A stretch of 64,000 nucleotides of DNA from Patellaria atrata CBS 101060. Lineage: Eukaryota. The DNA lies in the NCBI GenBank assembly GCA_010093705.1, contig MU006111.1, positions 1 through 64,000 of the forward strand, given 5' to 3'. How positions within the stretch are numbered: the first letter of the stretch is position 1; every line of letters begins with the position of its first letter. Shown one piece after another: positions 47,576-60,561 of this stretch. Position numbers and translations under genes: made by a program. The notes under the pieces were generated by a model. That model was given only the letters and a program-made list of their open reading frames with translations, was not told where the DNA came from and ran no database searches.

Positions 47576-48471
47576 ATGTTGAACGCCGCTGCTTTAGTAT
47601 TTTCCCTCGCAGGGTCAGCTCTTGCTGGTATGTCCAAAATAAGAGACCGAGTTTGATACAAAGACGATGGGCTAAACGACATATAGGCACCGTCCTTTGG
47701 GACGGTCGATTCAATGAGTTCACCTCCAGCGCTGACCTCAACAAATGTATTTCCATCCTATCCAATCTAATTCAATCCTTCTCTTAACACGGCGGAATAG
47801 GGTCATGGGCAAACCAGGTCGGGCCATACCAATACTATATTCACGGCAGCGGAGCAGTCACCAAATACGTGAACCTTGACCCGAGTTACAAGAATCCGGC
47901 CGACACGGTATCAAAGCAAGGTGTCAAGATCACCATCGACAACACGGCAAAATGGAACAGCGACATGTGGCGCACCGAGCTCATCCCTCAAACCACGGCG
48001 GCCATCAACAAGGGAACGGTCTACTACCACTTCAGCGTGAAGCGTAGCAACACCAACGCACCTAGCGCATACCACGAGCACCAAGTCAACTTCTTCGAGT
48101 CTCATTTCACCGAGATGAAGACCGGCTGGGTCAACGGTGAATCGGGCGAGTCCAACTCGGCGCTGAGATGGTTCGTCGGTGGCCAGTCTAAGTGGTCCAC
48201 CCCGTGGGAGGCTGACGTCTGGCACAATATTGCCTATGAGATCAACTTCTCCGCCGGCCAAGTGACCTTCTGGCACTCAACCGGATCCGACCCGCTCGTC
48301 AAGACTGCAGGACCTTTCTCTGCTTCAACCTCATCCAACGGCGCTGATTGGCATTTGGGCGTCCTTCGTCTGCCCCGTAACGGTTACGATTCCAGAGCAT
48401 CTGGTCCAGAGGATTGGTATTATAGCGGTGTCTACGTCGAGGGTGGCTCTCTTACAACCACCATTTCTTGA
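47576..48471 (+). CDS. Secreted GH131 beta-glucanase
   Basis: MLNAAALVFSLAGSALA|GTVLWDGRFN...WSWANQVGPYQYYIHG, MWRTELIPQT, HQVNFFESHFTE, WHNIAYEINF and SNGADWHLGVLRLP. Confidence 0.92.
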
Positions 48472-48949
48472 AGGGTTGCTAAAGGGGAAAGGATGGGTCT
48501 TAGGAGCGCTCACAGCGACAGGATTCTTACACTATAGCATACATAGCATTATATAGATACGATGAAAATTCTATCGAAAAGCTTTGATGATCAGATGAAA
48601 TGATTTTGAGTGGATACGGTGACATCCCCTTGATCCATCCTGCTCACCAAATGATAAATAGGTCGTAATGTAAGCGTAGAACAAACTCGTATCGGGACTA
48701 GGTGCCTTAGTTCTACCTAGCACTGTGCAGTACAGTACAGTACAGTACCTTACATAATCGAGATATCGGATGGGAACCGAATAAAATTCTCTTCTTTTCC
48801 CAACCTCAATTGAACAGAATTGCAGTTACTTCAAACTCCTAAGAAAGGGATTATATTCTCGATACCTACACTGACATAACACATACACAGCCAGATACAT
48901 CTCAATTGCATGCCGTTATCGTAGGCTCTGGGATCGAAAAACCACGGCA

Positions 48950-49453
48950 ATGACTGATCCTAAACCCTCATCAGGGAGCGAAAAATCTTATCCCGAGACC
49001 ATATCCTCAGATCCCCAAATTCTCACCCACATCCAGAACTACCACTCGCTCCTCCTTCCCCGTTCTCCGATCTACGCTTTCCTCCTCTCCGACGTCTCCA
49101 TCGTTCACGCCTCCCGCGGCCTTGTGCGCGTACATCTCCCGCTCTCCAAACTCCATCTCAATTCCAAGAACTCATTGCACGGCTCCGTGTCTGCGACTCT
49201 AGTCGATTACATCGGCGGCTTAGCTGTGGCGAGCTGGGATTCGCGAGATTCGAGCGGGGTGAGCACTGATATGCATCTGAATTTTGTCGGGGGTGCCAAG
49301 GAGGGGGATGTCATCGAGGTGGAAGGTAAGGCAGAGAAGGTGGGTGGGAGTTTGGCCTTTGTGAGTGTGAGGATTGTGAATTTGGGCAAGGACGGAAAAG
49401 GGGAGAGGAAAGTGGTGGTTGTCGGGAGGCATACCAAGTTCGTAAAGGTATGA
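48950..49453 (+). CDS. Hotdog-fold thioesterase (PaaI/ACOT13-like)
   Basis: HLNSKNSLHGSVSATLVD, GVSTDMHLNFV, KVGGSLAF and GRHTKFV. Confidence 0.88.
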   Translation: MTDPKPSSGSEKSYPETISSDPQILTHIQNYHSLLLPRSPIYAFLLSDVSIVHASRGLVRVHLPLSKLHLNSKNSLHGSVSATLVDYIGGLAVASWDSRDSSGVSTDMHLNFVGGAKEGDVIEVEGKAEKVGGSLAFVSVRIVNLGKDGKGERKVVVVGRHTKFVKV

Positions 49454-49802
49454 ATGAGTAAGGGACGAATGATAAACGAAAAGGGGTAAATTGATGACGC
49501 TTGGGATGATCCGCACCGTGGATGTGCATCTTGGGATAGATTTGGACTCCAAATACGCCAGCTCTTTGCGTCATGCGGCCTTTTCATGCCCCAATGAACT
49601 CACTCTACTGGCAAAGAACGATCTCCTTCTATGCTTTAGAAGCCATAAGTAGTACTTCGGTGCGATGATCTCGTGGTAATTTTTGGAAGGATATATACAT
49701 TTACATCTCAATTTCCCCTTTCCTTATCATACTCTACTTGAGCGTTATCCCCGTAATGCCAAATTGCTCCTACCTCAAGGGCAGTCAATTGGTAAAAAGA
49801 GT

Positions 49803-50841
49803 TCAATATGTTGCCGGATGCATAGACAAGCGGCCTCCATCTGTAATCTGTACGTTGCCATTCACATATGCTCCTCCTTTTCCTACCAGATACAATATCA
49901 CACCCGCCAAATCCTCCGCATCGCCAGGACGTCCAGCGGGAACTTCATGCACCCGGAACTCCGTCTTCCCACCAGCGGTCATATCACTAGGATAGATACC
50001 AGGACAAACCACATTGCTTCTGATGCCCCATGGTGCCAGAATTCCTGATAGCATCTTGCCCAAATGGACAGCCGCGGCTTTCGAAGCGCTGTAGGCCAAA
50101 CCTGCTGTTACGTACCGATTGAATGCCGCAATGCTGGAAACAGTGATGATTTGAGAAGTTCTTTCATCCTTCGCGTCTCCCTCAGGCTCCCAGTTCACAG
50201 CATTTAGGTTACGTTTCCTGGGTTGACCGTCAACAACTTTACCGCCCTGCCATCCACGCCTGATGTTCCCCGCGTCGAGGAGGCCGAGGAAGCCTCCAGT
50301 CATACCGATCACGGCTGATGAATTGATCCGGAATGTGGTGTCCCACTCTGTCCAATCTTTGAGCAGCGTATCCTGCAGCTGATCCATTGTATCAGCCTGG
50401 TAGATGGCTTTGTGGTTAGGGCCGAGGATTCCTGCGTTATTGATCAGGACATCGACCCATCCCACGTCCTTTTCAACGTGCTCGACAACCTTAGAGACTG
50501 AACTTTGGTCTGTAACGTCGCATTGGAGGGGTACTACCACTTTAGAGCCAGGGTCTAGCGAAGAAGCGGCATCTTGGAGGACTGAGAGACGACGGCCTAG
50601 AATATAAATTCTTTTTGGCGAGCTACGAAGTAACGCGGACGCAAATATCAGCCCAATACCTAGCGCGATGTTAATAAGCATGACTTAGAATGCTAAAAGG
50701 AAAAGAGTGAGATGTAAGGGGACCTCGGTGGGGTAGAAAGTAGAAAGCTTTCAACTCACCACTTCCGCCACCAGTTATGACAACGACGAGGTCTTGAGCA
50801 GAGAAGATATCTGAAGGATCCAAGGGACGGTGGTGATCCAT
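49803..50841 (-). CDS. Short-chain dehydrogenase/reductase
   Basis: Exon 1 MDHHRPLDPSDIFSAQDLVVVITGGGSG, then IGL..., DVLINNAGI, SSIAA, YSASK, GIRSNVVCPG and DGG. Confidence 0.9.
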
Positions 50842-51270
50842 ATTCTTGACTCCTGAGCTTTTTGTAAAAGATACGGTGTAGAGGATGAAGAGATTGACAT
50901 AAAAAGGTCTTGTGGACTGAAATGATCGTTCTATTACACGATTCCCTTGTCGTCATCAGCGAACTTTTACCAGCGGAATTGCTTCCGTTCTGAATTGATT
51001 CTAACCTACGGTCTACAGAGAACTATATCCCTTTACCGGGACTTCTGTTCGCCAGATAATCGTAATATCTATGGCCACATTATGGATCATATCTAGGTAC
51101 CGGCTATGATTAGCTCTAAGCAATCAAACATTCGGGTTCACAGGATATATCATCACAACGGGAACATTACTTAACGTCAAATAATACATGGTAATGCTCA
51201 CTATAACTACAAATATATACAGATGCTTGGGGCTTCAAGATTAGCCATACCTTGAAAATGGACGAAAAAA

Positions 51271-53186
51271 TCATACGCGTCTCTCCGCCATCTTCGCTTC
51301 ATCGCTGGTTCCACTTTTCTCGCTGTAGCTGTCTCTCTCGTGCGCGCCAACGGTATTTAAAGATCTCTGGCGTGAGAAAAAAGTGTCGTCACGTGTTTTT
51401 CTATCGAGATATCCAGCTGGTACCCACTTCGAGCTTTGCCATGCTTTCAATGACATGTCCGAGTACATGGCGTCGACGTTCTCGAGCGAAAGAGATTTGG
51501 TTTCGTAGAGGAAAAAGTATATGATTACAGCAGCTGCTAGGTTAGTACCGCAGAAGACAAATCCGAATGAATATCCAATGCCGCTGTTGGCAAAGGGTGT
51601 AAGAAAAGCGATCAGAAAGTTTCCTATCATGAATTTGTAAGAGACGATGCTTGATGGTAAAGTGAGAGGGAGTAGCATACCTAGCCAATTGCACGCAGTG
51701 GCCAATGATGCTTGTTTGGCTCGAGTACGTAGAGGGAATGTTTCACCGATTACAACCCATGCGAATGGACCCCTGAATAATGGAGATGTGTCAGATTTCA
51801 ATGTCACCTATGGACCAATGCCAATAAAGAATGCGAAAGAAGACTCACCATGTCATAGCGAACGAAGCGATAAACATGCAAGCAGATACGATCATGATGA
51901 TACCAGAGCTCTTGTATTCAGTCGGTGGACGTGCTACACCGACTGAGGCGAAAATAAGGAGCCAGACTGATTGCCAAACCGCACCTACTATCATTGGGAT
52001 GCGGCGACCGAGTCTTTCTACGATATACAAACCAGGGAAGGTGGTTATTACATTTACGGCTCCGAGAATAAGCTGCGTTAGGATCGGATCATCGACGCCA
52101 GCAGATTCGAAAATGGTAGCACCATACTGTTCAGGGTAAAGGGGTTAGTGGGTGGAAAGTCTTCTCGAATCGTCCAATGGATAGACTTACGTAGAAGAAA
52201 TAATTGACACCAGTCCATTGTTGCAGAAAGTGTATTGCGCACCCGAGCAGAGTGCGGAATACCAATCGCGGAATTTCCGACGGTTTGCCGGTAAAGCATT
52301 CTGACCAGGTCCCGGAGCCAACCTTACTTTGTTCCGCTATTGACTCTTGCATTTCATTAAAGTCATCTTCGACGAGAGAGTTATGTGGATCGTCCTTTAG
52401 GCCTCTAAGTCGCGCAAGGGCGATGCGCGATTCCTCCCATCTCCCGCGACCAGCCAACCAACGGGGACTTTCAGGAGAGAAGAGAATGCCGATTCCTAAA
52501 GGCAGAGAGAATGCTATTCCTAGCCCAATGACGATTCTCCATGAGGCGTCGCTATCTTCGAAGGTACGAACTCCCATGTTTATGGCGTTGGAGACGAGGA
52601 TTCCGATTGTGATCATGAGCTGATAGGAGGCAACGACAGCACCACGAATCTCGCGAGGACAACATTCGGATTGGAACATAGGTACACCCACCGACAAATT
52701 TCCGACTCCCAAACCAGCGATAAAGCGTCCGGCTGTTATGTGACCCCAGGAGTCCATCGAGGTGATCTGAACGATATTTCCGACGATGAACATAAGAACG
52801 CCGAAGCTCAAACTCCTACGACGTCCCCACCAATCAGCCGTGTAGGCACCACTGAGGGCGCCAAAAAGTGTCCCAATGCTCATGAGCGAGACGATCAGGG
52901 ACTTGATGATCTCCGTGAACGCTTTCGTACCATCCGCCTGAGTTTGGCCAAAACGATCGATGAAATCGGTGAAAAGAAGCATTCCCGAAATTTGACCCTA
53001 GGAACGGAATGACAATGAGATGTTCTATTCTCGTTTGATATCGATTATCGGGAATCTTACTGTATCATATCCGAAGAGGAATCCCCCTATGGACGTGACT
53101 ACACCGAGCATGATAGCCTCAATGCCGCAATCAGCGCCATTGACGCGTACAGACCTGACGATGATGCTCAACATATGGTATACCAT
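51271..53186 (-). CDS. Sugar-porter family hexose transporter (MstE-like)
   Basis: GGFLFGYDTG, ADWWGRR, GRFIAGLGVG, PMFQSE..P.EIRG, PESPRWL, QQWTGVNYFFY, VERLGRR, GETFPLRTR and ETKSLSLE; multi-intron. Confidence 0.93.
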
Positions 53187-53609
53187 GGATATCAAATGTT
53201 TCTACTTACACTTTTCCGAGACCCATATTAAGCAGTGTTCAAAGTAAAGAAGATGAAAGAATGATCAAGGGTAACTCCTAGGTATATAGTTCTAATAATT
53301 TGATGATTATACAGTTCCTTTCAGTATGTCCGGGCGGGGGGCGACCAGAAGGGTTTTAAAAGGAACCTCATCTATTTCCTTTGTATACGTCCACGTGACG
53401 TCATAAGGTAACTTTACCTTAGAGATTTGGTGAAAAAGGGAAGGCGGACACTGAATCCTACCTACCTTACTTAGATTCCCCGTCCTCACAGGAAGGTACC
53501 ACCCACGCCACCTTTCTTGTATTACACCTCAGTATTTAATATTTACTACTCCTTAGCTTGTACCTTAGGGGCATCTTAGCGATCCATAAAAGGTAAAATT
53601 CAAAAGACT

Positions 53610-53657
53610 CTGGGGCCGCTCTGCCGCTGTGGGGTCTCAGGTTCCCCGCCACTCCAC
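53610..53657. promoter_or_regulatory. Cluster of CreA/Mig1-type SYGGRG sites upstream of the hexose transporter
   Basis: CTGGGG (53610), GTGGGG (53629), CCCCGC (53644) and CTCCAC (53652) within 50 bp; another GCGGGG at 53334. Confidence 0.5.
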
Positions 53658-54848
53658 TTTGAGCGCGTGTCAAGCACTCACAAGCACCTTGGCCACCCAC
53701 AACAACAACCCCATATTGCATCATCTTACAGCAAAGCAACACCCGCAGTCCGTCTTGACTACACTACTACCTTAGTACTCTATACATCATCGTTATTATT
53801 ATTCCATCTCCTATTCGAAGAAGCGAGCTTCTAGCTCTTCATTTGAATCTTCTTCTTCTATGCGTACCTTGTCGACGGCACTATCGGCAAAGAGTACTCG
53901 TAGTAGAACTAAAAGTGTGGAAGCGCAGTTTCTTCATGAAACAAACCTCGACGGGACTTGCTGCGACGGACTTATCGTACTTCTACCCAGCCTGATCGGC
54001 AGCGGACAGGTCGTACGGACATGTACTTGCGCTCTTCAAAAGTCTTTGTAAAACTGTGGAGGATGAGAGTCGCGTGAGCAAAAGGGTAGACGCACAGTCG
54101 GGTGGCAATTGAGGTGGTGCTGTACACAGTACGGTATGTACAGTCGTGACGGTACAAGCAACGCTTATTACTAATAACCGATGGGAAATCCAAGGGAAAT
54201 TCGATTCTTGGAAGAGCAACTTGAGGTAAAAGGTACAAGTTCAATTGAGGTAAGGCAGTAAGGTAGGTAGTTCCAACATCTTCAGACAAGTGTTTGCAGT
54301 ATTTGCACGCAACCTTATTGTAACCACAAAACTTGGCATCCCTCCTGGAATATCAACGCGAATTGAACTCCCCGTGCCAGGTCTGATTAGTTGACTTTAC
54401 CCGTGTGAAGTTTATATGCCATGTGGAAGATTGGCTCCTACTTCGCATCCCAGAATAGATCATTATTTGTAAATGCTTCAACATTGAGAAGAGAATTACA
54501 GTTGACAGAAAGGGATAGTCGACTTTGTAGGATACACCTATGATAATTTTTGATTCATGTCTTCTACCAAACTAGCCTACATAATGGTCCGTAGGCCTCA
54601 ATAACAAAAGCAGAAGCCATCGCAAACAGGAAGACACAGGCCACTGTTCTAGGGTCTTTTCAGCGTCAGACACATATGATAGTCCGTACAATCCCTATAT
54701 CTTTGCACATAAATCCCTGTACTTTCGGAATGACGTCTGGTCAGTCGTTTCAGCCAGAAAATATGAAATCCTTCGGATGAAAATAGAACGGACGGTAAAC
54801 ACCGTAGACACCGTTGACTCAGTCATCTTCGCCAAATACCAGAATCCC

Positions 54849-55663
54849 TTAGATGCGGCGTAATAGGGTCTTGAGGAACTCATTCTTTTTCGCACACGCT
54901 TTGGGATAAATGTGCTTCTTAGTGTACTTCCTGAAAGCCTTATAGTTGTTGAATCGCAGCAACGGTACTGCAGAAGGGTTGCGACGATGTTCAAGAAGGT
55001 TGATGATGTTGACCCTCATAGTTTGGATTGTCTAGGAACGGTTAGGTCTCTAAATGATATGGAGAGTACTATGCATTGCTAGACATTAAAAGAGTATGAA
55101 ATGATATCATACACAGCCGTAGAGCTGGCAATCCATTTCAGGTAGAGAAGGTAATGACCCGCTACATGGACTGAGGAATCGGAAAAAAGGAACTGTCATA
55201 CCTTTTTACATTGAGTGATAGATGAAGGGATGATGGTGACTCCGAGTTCCCCACAGAATTCTTGCCATGCTGCAAGCTTGTTGTCACCAAAGTGCTCGTT
55301 GAATTCGGAATCGTAGGCTTGTTCACGAAAGAAACGGTACTCATCGGTATGCTGTTTCCAACCTTGATTCTTAGCCAGACGTTCGAAATTCGCTTCAACT
55401 GTTGCTGTGGGTTCGTAATTGAACCCCACAACATTGAAGAATGAGTTGAAAGATATAGGAGCTGTGGGGGGTGGAACGGTGATAAAACTTGGAGGAGGTT
55501 CGAAGCAAGCGCGGTGGTGCTTGCGATAAGTCTTTGAACTTTCTTTCCATCGGCGATGTGTAGCTAGACGCTGAAACTCTGAAACAACGTCTGCATTGTA
55601 ACGTAACTCGAAGTCTTCAAAGTGCGAAAACCAGAACTGTTGATGAATACTCGCTGGAGCCAT
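54849..55663 (-). CDS. Conserved fungal hypothetical protein with a duplicated N-terminal module
   Basis: Exon 1 ends DNKLAAWQEFCGELGV...PSSITQCKK; intron ~55200-55033; exon 2 is TIQTMRVNIINLLEHRR...YTKKHIYPKACAKKNEFLKTLLRRI*. Confidence 0.75.
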
Positions 55664-56157
55664 GGCAAGTAAGTTGTTGTTTGATGTTTGCGATTAGGCT
55701 TTTGTGTTGATGTTGACTAGAGCAAATTGTTTAAAATATTATTTATATGGGAATTTTCTTGGCAAAGCAGGCATTGAGAATCACTAGGTTTTACTAGAAG
55801 ACAAACAGACTTCGTAGAGATACCGCTTATAGTAGAAACATTATAAAAAATGATCAAAATACTCAAGTTTAGCTTATGCCGAGACATAAGGAGGGTTCTT
55901 ACTTGGTATCGACCCTGGTTCCTTTACCATGCGAGACTCATGGCGACACACACCTTGGGAGTCAGTAAGATCTTTGTAAACTCTCCTAGTCACTGATGAC
56001 CCGGGCCAACCAACAAAGATCCCGTACTAATGAAACTTAGAGGCTGGACCATTTAGATTAATGCAGTGGCCCATGCATCAACAAATGACGGTATACAATC
56101 CCTTAGTAGGTTGATGATCTGCGAGTAAAGTCTTGCTCATAGAAACGTTTTTCTTGC

Positions 56158-57718
56158 TCACACTTTATGCCGCAAGACGAACCCAGTCTTTGCTATACGT
56201 GCGAGTACCAGAGTCATACCACCACAGATTAGAACCGTACCGGCCCACATCTGAGCCTGAAGGTAGCTGCCATGATTGTTCTGGATGAGCGCTCCAGCAA
56301 GAGGGGGACCCGTCAGAGAAGCAACGGATACAATGGAAAACCCCATACCCATTCGGACACCAGCCTTCTTGAGGTCTGTAGTCAGGCTAGAAAGAGTCGC
56401 GGGAAACATGCTTTGGATTCCAGCAGCAAAAAGTCCATAGACAACTGAAAATGCATAGAGACCGCCGCGAGAATTTACGCCCGGCCAGGCAAATATTAGG
56501 ATACCAGAGCCAAATGCGAAGGGGATAATGGTGTTCAACGGGCCAAATGTTCGATCTGCGAAGAAATTCGGTATAAGACGACCAATGACACCAACTGCGT
56601 TCATGACAAGCAGGACCGTGATAGATTCTTCGTACGAGATACCGATAACATTGCGGCTGAACGTCCCCACCTAACTTTGTCAGCATTTATTCAATCAAAG
56701 GGAAAGAGTTAACGATAGTGTTAAAAGAGCAGCTCACATAGTAGAAAGCAAAATACAGTCCCCAAAAACTTAAGAACATGCCCACACAATAGAGAACGTA
56801 CGTAGTCTCCTTAAAAGCGTTCCATTCCACGAGAGGACCAGATTTGCGAGGCGGGAGACGCGTTCTCAGGAGAGCTGATGTCAATGCTGACAGGACGAGC
56901 ATAACGAAACCTATTACTCTTACTGTCCATGGAAAACCAATCTTCGGTAGAAGTTGGCGGACAATGATTGGATAAACAATACCACCAGTTGCGGATCCTG
57001 ACGCAGCAATGCCTATTACTAACGAACGTTTCGCGGAGAAGTACGTTGAGAGTAATGACATGGTAGGACAAAACTGAAAGCCATTCCCAAGTCCAGTACA
57101 GATCCCTTGAGCTAAAAACAAGTGCCAGTACTTGGATGATAAAGAGGTCATGAATACTCCAATGACTTGCAGCATGCATCCAGTAACGTAGACAGGCCTG
57201 AAATACCCAGCATCAGTAGCACGGCCTGTAGCGGTACCGATGAAGAAAAGAAGAAATATTTGCACTATGGAACATCAGGTAACGCATTTTAAAGATATTA
57301 TAAAAGACATACCACTTCCCACCCAAGAAACGTCCGAAGGAGGGTAGCCCTTAACCCCCGTATAATAAGTTTGAAAGACTCCAAAGGAGCTAATATAGCC
57401 CCAAGTATTGAAAATGACCAGGTGAGCCATAATGACCTGAATCCAGGCATTTAAGCCTCCATCTGGCGGAGGACCAGGGTCCCTACGGGTGGATGTCGTT
57501 GACCTTCCTGTGACGATTCGAACAAGTGTTGGGTGTTGTTGAACATCGGACTCGCAAGGCGGAATCTTTTCACCCATTCGTTCCGGCGAGTTCTTGACTC
57601 TATTTTCCATGTTCTCCTGCTGCGGGAGGGGTTTACTGTCACCTATTGAAGATTGGGGACTCTGTACGTTCCGTTCCTGGTGAATACCTTTACGTATCTC
57701 TCTACCTGTGCTAGCCAT
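56158..57718 (-). CDS. MFS monocarboxylate-transporter family protein (MCH-like)
   Basis: PPPDGGLNAWIQV...FNTWGYISSFGVFQTYY, FLAQGICTGLGNG, GIAASGSATGG, GFPWTVR and GPPLAGALI. Confidence 0.92.
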
Positions 57719-58265
57719 GATTGAAAAGTCAAGCTCAATTAATACCAGAGGGCTGAAAAAGAAGATTTGAAGAAGAGACTGAGAAAAGTGGGAGTCTTGG
57801 ATGACTCCCTAGAGTTAAAGCAAAGAATTCGAGTCATGATGAGCAACGGTACAGTACAGCAACCAATGCCGAATAGAAACCACAGGTTTATTACCGCGAC
57901 GATGACCAATACGGCAACTTGACAGAAGGGCGTATTGGATTAAGGTATGGTATTAGCCTTTAGTGACCTCGTTCTATTGTGGGGTTGATCAGGTAGTGAG
58001 GTGTGGGTATGGGTGTGGGTGTAGAACGAGGGGACTAAGGGAAGACGTTCGTATTAGGTTGAACAATCCTCCAGTACCCCGTCATTCCCGGTCTATCAGC
58101 GAGTTTTATTAGGTTGACCACATTCACCCTTCCCAAGTTCCCCCATTCTGCAAACTTAAGTACTCAAAACTGATAACTACCTCATTCGACAAGCTGCATC
58201 TACTATGATATTATAATATTCGCCATCTCCGCGAGCTCAATCTTAGAACTAAATAAGGTATTTCG

Positions 58266-59203
58266 ATGGCATCCTCTGAACGATTTCACCGAAAGCTTCT
58301 CTCGCAGCCAGGCATTACCATAGCTCGAGCTTCATGGCTATATCCCTTCAAGGTGCGTATTCTCGAGCACATATCGAGAATACTACTGATCTTTTACTTA
58401 TTAGGGTATATGGTATTTTATGTCACATCCATTCCTCTACCCGCTTCTCCGTACTCGCCTGCTGCCATGCTTCCTGCTGTCAACCTTTGTCCTCGCGAAC
58501 CTTTTCTTTTGGACCTATATACCCCAAGTCCTTTTCTTGATGCTATTTCATCGCAAAGCAGGCGCCTGGATCAACGGTACTTTCTTGGTTCTGAGTGAGG
58601 GCGCAGCTATCATTGCTATCCTATTCGAGGCATTCTTGATAGACGAGACACAGGTTGATGCATTCGACGCTATACTGGTCGACAAGGGTTTAGAGGATCT
58701 GGTCGCGGAGACTAGACCAATAGATCCAGAACTAACTGATCCTTTGAAACGACTCGGAAAACCCAGGAAGTCAGCTGTGTATGCTCCATTCTCATTTCGC
58801 CAGCTAGTCGAATTTGTCATACTTCTCCCACTCAATTTCATTCCAGTAGCTGGTGTACCTATATTCTTACTTCTTACTGGATATCGCGGCGGTCCGTTCC
58901 ATCATTGGAGATACTTCAAGCTCCTAGACCTCACGAAGAAAGAACGTAATGTTTACATCAAAAGGCGTCAATGGTCATATACTTGGTAAAGTGATAAAAT
59001 CACAACAATATTTATTCTCGTCTAACCACCACAGGTTTGGGACCATCGCTTTGCTTCTTCAGCTAATTCCGGTTGCAAATATGTTTTTTCTCTTTACGAC
59101 AGCATGTGGTGCCTCCCTTTGGGCGGCTCGATTAGAAGAGGAGAGGCGCATCCGGGAGGCGCAGATAGTGGATGATTCCGAGTATAGAGATGATGTCCCT
59201 TGA
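58266..59203 (+). CDS. EI24-domain membrane protein (Lds/Rrt8-like)
   Basis: SWLYPFK|GIWYF.SHPFLYPLL..RLLP, LVLSEGAAII, FDAILV, LLPLNFIPVAG, HWRYFKL and FGTIALLLQLIP...GASLWAA. Confidence 0.85.
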
Positions 59204-59309
59204 ATAGAGGGTACTATAGACCCAGATAGAATGAGCGGGTTGGTGGACTGAGAATTCCACCACGTATTCTCTCTGTTTCCTCAATGAAACGTCACACTCG
59301 ACTTCGCAC

Positions 59310-60209
59310 TCAAGTATGTTTCCGGACAAACGCCAACACTTTACCTACAAATTCCGCCGGATTCTCTTCCGCAATCCAGTGGCCCGCCTCTTCAACACAT
59401 GCAACCTCTATGTTCTCATGAACCTCCTCAGCCATCGGGCTAGCGAACGTCTCGAGAAAACTCTTTCTACCACTCAAAATGAGTGACGGAACCCCACATT
59501 TTCCCTGCTTCTTCACCCACTCGCGGTTCTCCTCGGCATCCGTCCCAAACGCTCTATAAAGTTCAATCCCACAGCGCATAGCTCCCGGTTGCGAAAACAT
59601 CGTCGTATAGTACTTCAAAGAGTCGATCGAAATTGCGGCGCCGTTGTACACCTGCTTGTCGTAAAAATGTTTCAGATAGATCTCTTCGCGTCCGGCAATC
59701 AGTGCTTCGGGAAGATCTCGTATCTGGTGAAACACAAAATGGAATAGTTCTGGCGTCCCCTTCTTGTTCTCATATGGATCGGTGCCTGGGAGCAGACACT
59801 CGCCCCACGTGACGGAAGCAACATGCTTCGAGAATCTTGAGGCATAGGCGTACGCGATCATTGCTCCGATGTCATGACCCACGATGTGGATCTTGTCTTT
59901 TATGCCCAGATGCTCGCGCACCAGCTTCAAGAGGTCGAACGCCATGGTGCTCTTGGTGAAGCCATTTGAAGGCTTGGATGACTGGCCTGCGCCGCGGTAG
60001 TCGGGTGCAAGAACTCGGTAACCCGCATCTGCGAAGGGCCGTATCACGTGTCGAAATTGATAGGATGTTTGAGGGAAACCGTGAATGAGGAGGATGGTCC
60101 CTTTCAATGAGATTGACTTTGTTAGACGGGCGTCTATGTAGTGAATGCGGATCTCTTCGCCGCCAGATTCAAAGGTGAATGTTCTCTGGGCACTGGTGGT
60201 GTCCGGCAT
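59310..60209 (-). CDS. Alpha/beta hydrolase, epoxide-hydrolase-like
   Basis: Intronless 299-aa ORF with LLIHGFPQ, APDYRGAGQS, VGHDIGA (Asp nucleophile) and AGHWIAEENP. Confidence 0.92.
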   Translation of the reverse strand: MPDTTSAQRTFTFESGGEEIRIHYIDARLTKSISLKGTILLIHGFPQTSYQFRHVIRPFADAGYRVLAPDYRGAGQSSKPSNGFTKSTMAFDLLKLVREHLGIKDKIHIVGHDIGAMIAYAYASRFSKHVASVTWGECLLPGTDPYENKKGTPELFHFVFHQIRDLPEALIAGREEIYLKHFYDKQVYNGAAISIDSLKYYTTMFSQPGAMRCGIELYRAFGTDAEENREWVKKQGKCGVPSLILSGRKSFLETFASPMAEEVHENIEVACVEEAGHWIAEENPAEFVGKVLAFVRKHT

Positions 60210-60561
60210 GATGGATGATGGATTGGGTAAAGAGAATGACTGCCTGATGTAAGGTAGTGTAGACGGTAGAATTTCCGTTGGTGGGTAAGTTAGATACTCC
60301 AGCTTTTACCTAGACTATCTGAACACTAAGGTGTTTAGGTTCTCCTTTTTCTGTCTCAAGTTCGCTGTCGACGGTAAGGTACGCAGCAGTGCAGTAGCAT
60401 TTTAGATGACAAAATGTTACCTTATGCTCTTTAGGTTTACCTCAACGTCATCGAGCGTCATATAGTACTGTGCAGTACAGTACAATACATTCATTATTAC
60501 TACTTTTTGTATACAGTACTTTATAATATACGGAGTACAATAACCGATGAAAGTACACAAT

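Noticed and set aside
54186..54212. TTCGATTC tRNA T-loop-like word
   Set aside because: The flanks do not form a T-stem or cloverleaf.
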